Origin: Pachysolen tannophilus NRRL Y-2460
Taxonomy: Eukaryota
NCBI GenBank assembly: GCA_001661245.1
Contig: KV454012.1
Location: 1,517,078 to 1,537,077, forward strand
Reading direction: 5' to 3'
Length of the DNA: 20,000 nt
Shown here: in pieces, positions 1 through 9,400 of the stretch
Numbering within the stretch: position 1 is the first letter of the stretch
Layout of the letters: each line of letters opens with the position of its first letter
Position numbers and translations under genes: made by a program
Notes under the pieces: generated by a model
What the model saw: only the letters and a program-made list of their open reading frames with translations
The model's database searches: none
Told to the model about the DNA's origin: nothing

Positions 1-88
1 TAAAAAAAAAAAAAAATGAAAAATGAAAAATCGAAAACTAGGTGAAAAATATATAAATGATTTATTTAAATTAAAACAATATGATCTA

Positions 89-94
89 ACGCGT
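89..94. promoter_or_regulatory. MCB (MluI cell-cycle box) element ACGCGT
   Basis: Exact ACGCGT in very AT-rich DNA 30 bp upstream of the ATG at 124. In yeasts, MCBs are MBF sites of G1/S DNA-metabolism genes. Function here is inferred. Confidence 0.4.
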
Positions 95-123
95 GGAAAC
101 ATGTTAAATATAAAACTTAAATA

Positions 124-1407
124 ATGGGGGTTCATAAAGAAACTGAAATATGTCGATTGCCTATTACTTTCAATCAACAGAATAAATATTATAGAGTTCA
201 TTGTTATCTTATAGCTGCAAAACTTCATCATGTTTCTCCTAAACTTATGGTTACGGATTTTACTTCGAATTTAAACATACTGACAACAGATTGTGATGAG
301 ATCATAATAGGTAATGAACAAGTGCTAAATAGAGCACAGTTATTGAGGATTAATATTTATCCAGAGAAGTTCAATGTTTTCATCAAGCTGTTAAAAGATC
401 GTAAACCAGATTTTTATCTTCGAGAGATTTACAGAAATGTTTTCCCAGATTTAATCTTTCTTACACTTGATATTAGATTGAATATTTATAATGGTACATT
501 GGAAGGTATTGTGGATAATATTTGGTTTTTAAGCTATGAAGAAGAGAATCAGTATGTTGATAAGTTGTTTAAAAGGTTTATTACAAATATGCCGGATTTT
601 TTCATTAGAGAAAATATATCTGATATTTCTAAAATTATACCTCAGAGATATTTAATTAAGTATGATGATAAAAAAAAGCACCAAACGATAGCTGAACGAT
701 TTATAAAGCTGAAAAAAGAAGATACATCTTTTGATCAGGTTATAGATTCTAAATACGAAGAAGATTTTGAAGAAAGTTCGGAGCCAGAAGTTTATAATGA
801 GCCAGAACCAGAAATAGAACCAGAAATAGAACCAGAAATAGAACCAGAATTAGAATCAGAATTAGAACGGACTGGACAAAATAATAAGATCTTATCAAGA
901 AATAATGGTATAATATCTATAGGGGATTTGAAAAAAAAAGTACTGAAAACTGGGATAGACGAAGATTTAACGTTTACTATAAGGGCAAAAGTTATAGCGA
1001 TATTACCATCTTTTGAAGAATTAATCAAAATTGACAATGAAACAAATCAAATTTGTTTAAAGAACATTGAAATATACGTAACGGACATTGATAATAAAGA
1101 TATGGTTTATGAAGAATCTCATCAATCGGTTTTAAAATTTCAAATATCAAATCATTTTCAAATTTTAAGTTTTTTATCAAATGAAAATACCCAGTTAGCT
1201 AGTAATTCTCAATTATTATTATTTAACCTTTTATTACAAAAGGAAGCTATGGATAAGAAATTTCAGAAATTGATAAGTTTAGGCAAATTTCATAAATTCA
1301 AAATTGAATGGAACAATAAGATTAAAATTAATGACAATCATAAGTTCTACCTTGAAGGATGGGAGTGTTTAAAATCCCCGTCACTGCACCAAATGGTTAA
1401 TGAATAA
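124..1407 (+). CDS. Putative two-OB-fold single-stranded telomeric DNA-binding protein (small Cdc13/Pot1-like)
   Basis: 427-aa ATG ORF, certainly coding. The N-terminal beta-rich domain contains LMVTDFTSN, like the V-T-D-[FY]-T-x-N motif of Pot1/Cdc13 OB folds. An acidic EPEI-repeat linker follows, then a C-terminal domain (ISIGDLK...FTIRAKVIAILP...IEIYVTD) resembling an OB fold. Size and layout recall Candida-type Cdc13. Family assignment is from recalled motifs only. Confidence 0.5.
   Translation: MGVHKETEICRLPITFNQQNKYYRVHCYLIAAKLHHVSPKLMVTDFTSNLNILTTDCDEIIIGNEQVLNRAQLLRINIYPEKFNVFIKLLKDRKPDFYLREIYRNVFPDLIFLTLDIRLNIYNGTLEGIVDNIWFLSYEEENQYVDKLFKRFITNMPDFFIRENISDISKIIPQRYLIKYDDKKKHQTIAERFIKLKKEDTSFDQVIDSKYEEDFEESSEPEVYNEPEPEIEPEIEPEIEPELESELERTGQNNKILSRNNGIISIGDLKKKVLKTGIDEDLTFTIRAKVIAILPSFEELIKIDNETNQICLKNIEIYVTDIDNKDMVYEESHQSVLKFQISNHFQILSFLSNENTQLASNSQLLLFNLLLQKEAMDKKFQKLISLGKFHKFKIEWNNKIKINDNHKFYLEGWECLKSPSLHQMVNE
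805..864 (+). repeat. 12-bp coding tandem repeat (GAACCAGAAATA x3 plus 2 variant units) encoding EPEI/EPEL/ESEL
   Basis: Directly visible: units at 805, 817, 829, 841 and 853. Confidence 0.95.
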
Positions 1408-1509
1408 TACTTTATGATATAGTTTATTATATATATATATATAGATATTTATATATGTATCTGTGTGTCTTAGTGTGTCAGTGTCTGTATAGTAAAATAG
1501 AAGTTATAA

Positions 1510-1541
1510 GTCAAAAAAGTCAAAAAAGTCAAAAAAGTCAA
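1510..1541. repeat. 9-bp tandem repeat (GTCAAAAAA)x3.5 immediately after the YJU3 stop codon
   Basis: Directly visible in the convergent intergenic region. Confidence 0.9.
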
Positions 1542-2543
1542 CTATAAAGAATCAAGTTGTTTGTCCATAAATTGTAAAATTTGATTTAAAGTCAGTGAGA
1601 ATATGTCATCAGTTTCAAGAAACAAATTGTGTCTAGCATTTGGGAAAGTTACAATCTTTCTGTTTTCATTTGGAATCTTATCATTGATTTTGTCGATGAA
1701 CTGAATACCACCATCCATAAGGTTTATCTTATCATCTTCTCCAAACAATATGAGAATTGGTTTATCGTGATTTTTGATCTTGGAGATTGCGTTGTTTTCT
1801 AATAAATCTCTTCCTCTAAAGATCATATCTTTTAATTGACCAATAGTACCAACTGGGTCTTCCATACTATCTGCAATGCAAAAATCTAAATAATCTTGAT
1901 TACTACTAACAAATTCAGCAGCCAAATTGGTATTAAATTTAATATCAGTCTTGAACCAACAAACAAACGTCACCATTTTTTCTATTATTAGTGATGGCTT
2001 ACTTTTTGGATGGAGCAAAATCAATGGTGCGGCAGATACAACACCTTTAACCTTATCCAAATGTTTCCCAAAGGCCAAATAACTTAAAACTAACCCACCA
2101 CCCATTGAATGACCTAAAAGATATAAATTCAATGGTTTCTTCTCTTCTAACAACTGATCATATGAATAATCGATAAAATTATCCAAATCTTTATAAGAAT
2201 AATGATCATTAGTAAGACCTTTTAATTTTCCTGGAGAAGTTAAACCCGCACCTCTTTGATCAAAAAACAAACATTCATACCCATTACAAGACAATTGATC
2301 CAATAATCTATCATAAACTTTTGCTCTTTCACAAAATCCATGAACAACTAAGAACCTTGCTTTAAATTTAACATCTTTAGGAATAGGCCAAAAAACAGTA
2401 TAAAATTCAACTTCAGAATTTGAAAATTTAATTTTCCGATGTAATGGAGAATTCTTCAGTTTATAAGGATAACTCAATTTATCAAACTCATAAACACTGG
2501 TGGATTTAGGGTCTATATCGGTGACTACATATTTTTGGGACAT
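1542..2543 (-). CDS. YJU3: Monoglyceride lipase / lysophospholipase, alpha/beta hydrolase
   Basis: HGFCE motif, FFDQRGAGLTSPGK, nucleophile elbow GHSMGG, catalytic Asp (DDKIN) and His (ARHNLFLE). Start placed at the first ATG (2543, MSQKY), not the TTG at 2585 used by the ORF track. Confidence 0.85.
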   Translation of the reverse strand: MSQKYVVTDIDPKSTSVYEFDKLSYPYKLKNSPLHRKIKFSNSEVEFYTVFWPIPKDVKFKARFLVVHGFCERAKVYDRLLDQLSCNGYECLFFDQRGAGLTSPGKLKGLTNDHYSYKDLDNFIDYSYDQLLEEKKPLNLYLLGHSMGGGLVLSYLAFGKHLDKVKGVVSAAPLILLHPKSKPSLIIEKMVTFVCWFKTDIKFNTNLAAEFVSSNQDYLDFCIADSMEDPVGTIGQLKDMIFRGRDLLENNAISKIKNHDKPILILFGEDDKINLMDGGIQFIDKINDKIPNENRKIVTFPNARHNLFLETDDIFSLTLNQILQFMDKQLDSL

Positions 2544-2691
2544 ATTTAATTCTAAAAATGATATCGTTATCGCTATTGCGGACAAAATGATAAGAGAAAA
2601 AAAGAAAAAAGAAAAAAGAAAAAATAATGGTATTAAAGATTAATGGGTTGAAAAAAAAAAAAAGAGACATAATTGCTAATTTTTTTTAATT

Positions 2692-3693
2692 TCAAAAATC
2701 TTGAGGTTCAGCAACTGCAGTTGATAAATTATTACCATTTACATCATCTATAAATTCTTCATCTTCAGCAAGTCTAGAAATTGGAGAATTTCCTTCTTTT
2801 GGAGTTAATCGACCAATAAATTTTTTCATACTTTCATCCATTCCAGAAAAACCTCTTATTATTTCAGCTAATGGCCAAGGAACTGCTCTCATGATAGGCA
2901 TAAAATTACCATAAAATGGAAGTTTAATTTCACCTCTTCTTCCTAATTCAACTGCACTTAATACATTTCTTGCAACGTGGGATGGATCTAATTCTGGAGC
3001 TAATAAAGTAGAAGGTGTTTTAACTCCGGTAAACATTCTTGTTTTCAATTGACCGGGACAAATTAATAAAGTTTTTACACCTTTTGGATTTAAAGATGGA
3101 GGACCTAATTCATAAGTTAAAGATTCATGTAATGCAATTAATCCAGATTTTGAAGCTCCATAAGCACTTAATCTTGCTGGAGACATATAACCCAATACAG
3201 ATGCAATAGTAACAATATAACCTCTTTTAATTTTTAACATATCAGGTAAAAATGCTTTAATAGTATAAAAACTAGACATTAAATTAATTTGTATAGTTTT
3301 TTCAATATCATCAAAACTTAAATCAATTAAAGACTTACCTCTAGTTATACCAGCATTATTTATTAATAATGAAACAATCCCAACTTCTTTTTTAACAATT
3401 TCACTTGTTTTTAAAACTTCTTTTCTATTACTAACATCACATTTATAATAGTATACATTTTCTAATCGGTCCTCTGCATTACTTGGAACTACAATATCTA
3501 ATACAACAATTTTAGACGTATTTTTCTCCAAAAATTGTTTAACTAATTCTTTACCTAACCCTGAACATCCTCCAGTAATTAATACAATATCTCTATGTGG
3601 ATCAAAATAATTCCCAATAACAATATTAGAAAAAGTCCTATAAGCTTTATTAAAACGATAAAACGCTAATGATATTGAAATCAGACCTGTCAT
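2692..3693 (-). CDS. Classical short-chain dehydrogenase/reductase (YDL114W/TDA5-like, 17beta-HSD11/retinol dehydrogenase-like)
   Basis: TGGCSGLG Rossmann motif, NNAG and catalytic YGASK (YxxxK). It is divergent from IWR1, as YDL114W is in S. cerevisiae. Confidence 0.9.
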   Translation of the reverse strand: MTGLISISLAFYRFNKAYRTFSNIVIGNYFDPHRDIVLITGGCSGLGKELVKQFLEKNTSKIVVLDIVVPSNAEDRLENVYYYKCDVSNRKEVLKTSEIVKKEVGIVSLLINNAGITRGKSLIDLSFDDIEKTIQINLMSSFYTIKAFLPDMLKIKRGYIVTIASVLGYMSPARLSAYGASKSGLIALHESLTYELGPPSLNPKGVKTLLICPGQLKTRMFTGVKTPSTLLAPELDPSHVARNVLSAVELGRRGEIKLPFYGNFMPIMRAVPWPLAEIIRGFSGMDESMKKFIGRLTPKEGNSPISRLAEDEEFIDDVNGNNLSTAVAEPQDF

Positions 3694-3975
3694 CTTGCTT
3701 ATTCCTTGAAGACAAATTACAAACTCAACTTAAACTCACTAATTCCAACAAGTCCATTACAACTCTGAAATCTACTAAAACACTATACACACACACACAA
3801 CAGAGAAAGAGAAAAAGAGAAAGGTACCTTGTAATCCTCCGTAGAGGGAAAAGGGGGTACCGTTTGGGGGTAAACCACAAAAGCAACTAAAACGGGGAAA
3901 AGTGATTTACTTGAACACTACTTTAAATTTTGGACCGTGATGGTGTATGATTTGTTTACTACCTTGAAATGAGGG

Positions 3976-4005
3976 TCAGGTTAGGTCAAGTTAGGTTAAG
4001 TTAGG
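3976..4005. repeat. Degenerate pentamer array TCAGG TTAGG TCAAG TTAGG TTAAG TTAGG (10-bp period)
   Basis: Directly visible in the SDR/IWR1 divergent promoter. Confidence 0.8.
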
Positions 4006-4104
4006 TATTATTGATGTGAATAAATTTGGATCTAATTTGATATAATTGATCTTTAGAAGTTTTTGAGGTTATTTTTTGCAAATATATATATATATATATA
4101 TAAA

Positions 4105-5235
4105 ATGGAAGAAGAATTAGTGAGGGTACTAAGGGTCAAGAGGAAAAGAGACCAAGATCCGTTACAGGCGTTGGTATTAAAGAATCCAAATTTCAGTACT
4201 AAGAGATTGAAGAAGGATTATTATTTCAAATTTGCAAGAACGGATTCAGAGGAACTAGAAGCTGCTACTTTGAGTAAAGATAAGATATTACAAGTCGATT
4301 CCAGAACGGGACAACTTTCATTATTATCGACCAATAATGTTAATAATGGAGGAGAAAAGTTTAATAACAATAATGATAATAATGATGATGATGAAATGGA
4401 TCAAAATCAACTATCTGATGAAATCTTGATGATGGTGAAGGAACAAGAAGAAATCGCCAAGAAGAAGAATAGTAGTAATCTTGTAAAAAACCTGCAGAAG
4501 CAACAGCTTAAGAGACCTGTTAGGATAAAACATAAGCCTTCGGAACCTGTAAAAATGAAAAATTATAGTGATACAGAATATGTTTATGATGTTTATTATA
4601 GAGGTAAGGATAATGATTCTGAAAAATATGAGAATTCAAAGATTGGTTATATTAGATATGATGAAGAATTGTTTAATTTTTTGAGCAATAACGATGATAA
4701 TGCAGGTAATGATGAAGAAATAAATTTTAATGATGATGATGATGATTCTAATGCAGAGGATTATTATCAGAATGATTACCCTGAGGATGAAGATGATGAT
4801 CGTAATTCTGATATAGTGGATCCTGATCTGGAATATCTGGAAGAGTTTAATGGTCTTGTTCTGAGTGATGATGAAGATGATAGTTATGAAATATCGCATA
4901 ATAAAAAAAGATTTACACGGAAAGAATATTTGAATTATAAAGAAGGTGGAGAAGAAGATGAAGAAGAAGAAGAACTTAACAACGAGATTTTAAACGATAG
5001 CTTAGTACAAGAAGGTTTTGATAACCTTTATAATGAATATTATGGTAGAAATGATTCAGATGATGGTGTATATTATGAGGGTCCAACAAGTTTCTTGGAT
5101 AATGGTAACTTATCTGAAGAAGAACAAGAATTTAAAAGAAATACGTTTTTCAAAAGTGATGAAGATGATGATTTGGCTATCCACAGAGATCGTATATTCG
5201 GAGAATTAGAAAGAATGATTACCGATGAGAATTAA
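4105..5235 (+). CDS. IWR1: RNA polymerase II nuclear import factor Iwr1
   Basis: N-terminal LRVKRKRDQDP NLS, YVYDVY, and the signature DDDSNAEDYYQNDYPEDE in an acidic protein. First ATG is at 4105 (AAAATGG context); the track's TTG start at 4063 runs through a (TA)n tract. Confidence 0.9.
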   Translation: MEEELVRVLRVKRKRDQDPLQALVLKNPNFSTKRLKKDYYFKFARTDSEELEAATLSKDKILQVDSRTGQLSLLSTNNVNNGGEKFNNNNDNNDDDEMDQNQLSDEILMMVKEQEEIAKKKNSSNLVKNLQKQQLKRPVRIKHKPSEPVKMKNYSDTEYVYDVYYRGKDNDSEKYENSKIGYIRYDEELFNFLSNNDDNAGNDEEINFNDDDDDSNAEDYYQNDYPEDEDDDRNSDIVDPDLEYLEEFNGLVLSDDEDDSYEISHNKKRFTRKEYLNYKEGGEEDEEEEELNNEILNDSLVQEGFDNLYNEYYGRNDSDDGVYYEGPTSFLDNGNLSEEEQEFKRNTFFKSDEDDDLAIHRDRIFGELERMITDEN

Positions 5236-5691
5236 TAATTACAAAACAATTTAGTACTATTTCTTTAAACATAATTTCTCCATTTTCCAACAAATCAAAC
5301 TAGTTAAGTAGACTTTTTTTTTATTTCTTTCTTTCTTTACTGCGGAAGTATTGATCATGGAAATAGATGACAACATCGACTTTGGTTTTGGTTTCAGTTA
5401 ACATATTCAGGTAAAAATTTGATAACTGCTTCCTCCTCCCCCCGCTCCCAGTTTGCAGAGTTCAACAATATCGTCAATCAAAAAATTGAAAAAACTATCT
5501 CATCTACGAATTATTCTGTATTCGAAATATCATATTTGACTTTTATTTCTTTTATTGAATTTTTGTTGAATCTTTTAGCAGAGAAAATTCAACTCATACT
5601 TTTATTTAGATAAAGAAAAATGGCCCTTTGGCAAAAAAAAAAAAATTTTTTTATATCATTATAGTGAAATCTTTCTCTCATTCTAACGAGA

Positions 5692-5699
5692 TATATAAG
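5692..5699 (+). promoter_or_regulatory. TATA box (TATATAAG) downstream of a poly(dA)/poly(dT) tract
   Basis: Matches TATAWAWR and is preceded by an A-run/T-run at ~5633-5652. It is ~790 bp from the URB2 ATG, so it may serve a separate transcript. Confidence 0.35.
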
Positions 5700-5719
5700 T
5701 TCAAAAATGACTCAAGGAC

Positions 5720-5743
5720 GATATCGATATCGATATCGATATC
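5720..5743. repeat. Palindromic microsatellite (GATATC)x4
   Basis: Directly visible; a perfect 24-bp self-complementary run. Confidence 0.95.
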
Positions 5744-5849
5744 CGAAATTTAAAATCTTTTGAAATACAAGAACTGATAAGTCCTATGAATTTTTGAAAT
5801 AACTTTTAGTTACTTGCTATAATCACTGATATTTCTTTCTTCTATCTCG

Positions 5850-6090
5850 TTTGCTTTCAACAATTCATGGTATTCTACTACCAGAGAAGCACAAAACTTC
5901 CTCCAAGCTCTCGACTTACAGAGAAAATACATTTAAGTTCACAGTCACCCTTAATACCTGGTGCTCTGAAGAACTTGACACAGTTCAGCAATTCTTGTTC
6001 ATGTGAAAACCTTTTATCCAAGCAATCGGTTACGCCCCTATGATAGTGGATAAACTCGTGCCCATGCCTTTTTCCACCAAACACATTTAC
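5850..6090. ncRNA. Candidate structured non-coding RNA (unidentified)
   Basis: Hand count gives 85/200 G+C (~42%) over 5881-6080, in otherwise very AT-rich intergenic DNA. Stems: 6013-6020/6047-6054 and 6003-6009/6070-6077. No recognisable protein in any frame I read. Confidence 0.3.
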
Positions 6091-6371
6091 TGATAATCTT
6101 TATCTAATAAACTTTTGAGATGTCCTGAAATGACATTGAAATGTTAAATTCAAAAATTAAAACATTTCAAATTATACAAGAAAATTTTCTAATCATTAAT
6201 TTGATTTATAATTACCTAAAGAGCATCTGATAACATGCTCTGCCTAGCTATCCTCCATCACAAATCCTCAATCCCAATCATCAACATCGCAATAATATAT
6301 TAAAATTATAATGAAAACCGTTATTATTGTCACTTTTGTCATCATAAAATTCGCATCGCTATAATGACACA

Positions 6372-6385
6372 GGAAAATTTTTTTG
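6372..6385. promoter_or_regulatory. RRPE-like element upstream of URB2
   Basis: GGAAAATTTTTTTG contains AAAAWTTTT ~100 bp upstream of the ATG of a ribosome-biogenesis gene. A PAC-like GCGATG lies on the minus strand at ~6354-6359. Confidence 0.5.
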
Positions 6386-6483
6386 AAGTCTTCGTCTTTA
6401 TACAACTATTAATCTAAAAAGATCAGGAACAAGATAATTTATTTTGAGTTGTTGAGGTCTTCCATATAAGAGAAAGCTGCTAA

Positions 6484-9400
6484 ATGAGTTCCAAGAATGG
6501 TATGGTAAGTTTATGTTCTTTTCTTTTTTATTGTTAATTTCTTTTTTTTGTGTTGTGTTGTTTAAATTGAGTTTTAATTTGCTAACAAATTGTTAAAGAA
6601 GCAGGTGAAAGATTTATCAACTGCAGAAGGGCTAACCCGTTTCTTAAGATCAAAGGATATTGTAGTTCAGCAGTTAATAGAGATATCAAATGGTTTATTA
6701 GATGATGAATATAGTAGCGTTTTACCGAATAAGGTGGATTTTATATTTGAATTGCTTGTGGATAGGTTAAACGATTTTAAGGGAAATTTTAAAGATTTTA
6801 AATTAAACTATGAGATTTGGTTGTTATTCATCAAAAATTGGAGTAACTTTAGTGAAGAGGTTGTTTCTCAAAGAAATAAAATATTCAAGCTTTTGAAAAT
6901 TTCAGATATAGTTGAATTTGTCTTGAAAGAAATAGCAAATGATGACAATACTAAAATTGGAGATAGAGTTAAATTATTAGATTCCATTATGCAAATGTGC
7001 GATTTAGTATTAAGTCAATTATATTTAACTATAACTGTTGAGCAAGGCTTGAATATATTGCAAAACTACGTAAGGATAATACACCAGAATACTTTCAATT
7101 TCCAAAATGTATCGAGATGGACAATTACAATAAACAAAATGTACAATGTGTCAGTATCAGATAAACGTATTACTCAAAAATTCACAAATGAATTTTCTTC
7201 AAGATGTTTATTTGGAATCTTGAGAATTATATCAGATAATAAAATTGATGAAACGAGTAAGAGAATTTTAGAAAGCATAATATTGGAGACAGTCTTAAAC
7301 AAGGATAATATATCTTTTTTCAAAATAAATGTTAAAACTTTTCTATCAATTTTGGCAACAGAAACAGATACTGAATCATCCATGTTGTACTTGTATAAAC
7401 TTGCTGTTTGGAGAATAAATGATGTAAATGTTTTGCAAGAGGTTTTCATCTTGATTTCAGACAAATTTCCAACAATTCTAACTACATTAATGAGTTATTT
7501 GTTGCTGTTGAATAGAACTTTGTCTAAAGATTTTTTATCCCAGTTGATCGAAAAATGCTTCATTAGCACTGACAGTAATAATTACAAGTTAGTTTCTCAA
7601 ATTTTGGAATTGAATTTAGAACTTGGAGTACGATTTGCCGACAAAATTTTTGATTTATTTATTTTGGACGGTAAAAACCTCGATTTGAACATTTTTTTCG
7701 AAATCTCCTCAAAAGTGATTAATTGTTTTCTGAGAATGAGAGAATTAGAAAAATTGTATGAAATCTGGTTAGGACTTATTCCTATAAATTATAATTTGTT
7801 TGCAAATGATAAGTTCATATCTTTGGTTAGCAGAGAGACAACAAGTTTTTCAGATTCGCAGCTATTAAATTTATTGAATATTACTTTATTACCGAAACTT
7901 TCGATAGAGACAGATAGACAGCAAGAAGAGGAAGAAAAAGAAAATGATAATGGGAGCGGGGATTTAAAATATAAGGTTGATCAATGTTTGATTGCCTTAA
8001 TTACAATTGTTCAAAGTTTGTTTAACTCAAATCAGCAAAGGGTGAATTACTTGAAACCTGCTTTGTTCGCAGCTTTGAGCTCTGAAATCGATCTTTATAG
8101 CTATAGTCATAAAACGATATTATCGTTTTGGAGATTAAAATATTTGATATTATGCTTGTACAATGATGATGATTTTGAAGAGTTAAATATCGAAGAATTA
8201 GGTTCAAAGGTTACAGAATCTTGGCTTGAAAGTGTTTCTCAGGGTAAAGATAGGAACCAATATATTTATTTCACTTTATTCAGGTTAAGAGAATTAAGTG
8301 AAATTAGTATATCACCTCAACTAATTGATGATTTTATAAAATACATTTCAGATAATAGAGATGACATCGAACTTTTGAAAATATCATTTGATAGATGGTT
8401 GGTATTTTTCAATTTATTCTTTAGCAGAGATCAAATTAGACAAATTGTAAAAATTGTTTTAGAGGATGTTAACAAGAAAAATATTAATCAAGCAAAAGAA
8501 GAATTATGGAATCAAAGTTTTGAAAATGAATACATTTACGAACAGCACCAAATAGTTCAAGAATGCATTGATCAATTGATAGAGATTATTGCGGAACGAA
8601 AAGAACCATTACTTTCATACTTGGAGTTAGCCAGAAAAATTCCAACACAATGCTTCAACAGGTTTGATAAAATCAAGCTATTAAACATTTTATATGAGCT
8701 TTCAACTAAAGTGGGACAACCAGAAATTATCTTGAAATCATTATCAATTATTTTAAATTTATTATCTCAGCCTACTTTTAAATCAAACATTGAATCTGAT
8801 ATTCACAAAATTTATAAACTTATTGAAATTGCTGAAGAATCAAATAATGACTTCATACTAAATACGATATTGGACATTTTCACAAATATTTGGAAACATA
8901 ATTTAAATCAGCACTCAGACAAATTGAACGAGGAATGGATTTCAAATTTGCTACAAAATTTAACTGAATTTTTTAATAAATTTGAAGTCAATAGAATGGA
9001 GGCCAAATTACCTCCTGAATATTTAGTTTGTTTTGTGATACTAACAAATATTCCTTCTGATAAGAAAGGTATTAATAGAGAACAATTGAGCAACTTGAGT
9101 TCTAATTTTGCGAAATCAGCATTGTCGTCGTTGACAACATTAGTTTCCAACTATAATGAAAATGAAATTGTTCTGAGTTCAATGTCCTGGTTATTGAGGT
9201 CATTATATGAAATTGATGTTGATATTAACAACAAACAACTATTTGTTGAAATGAAAGTTATTGTCAGAGACGTCGGTAAAGTAACAAGGTCTCCTACAGT
9301 TAAGTCCCACTTGTTTTTATTACTTTGTAAATTATTAGATTCAACAATAACAGAATCGTTATATTTGATGTCCTTATACGTTGTGTTGAAAACAGAAAAC

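Noticed and set aside
805..1541. Short tandem repeats considered as CRISPR-like or mobile-element ends
   Set aside because: No unique spacers, eukaryotic context and no transposase or LTR; these are simple slippage repeats.
3694..3757. Possible upstream exon plus a 46-nt GTGAGT...AAG intron for the SDR
   Set aside because: No CTAAC branch point, the intron would be very short, and the ATG at 3693 already gives a plausible N-terminus.
5918..5924. ACAGAGA resembling the U6 snRNA box; TGCCTTTT at ~6065 resembling U5 loop 1
   Set aside because: The flanking conserved U6 (AGC triad/ISL) and U5 (GCCUUUUAC plus stem) sequences are absent.
5878..6084. 68-aa minus-strand ORF (and a 58-aa plus-strand ATG ORF at ~5867-6043) in the GC island
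   Set aside because: GTG start, no recognisable motif and no convincing upstream splice signals. Open frames are expected in a locally GC-richer stretch. Not fully excluded.
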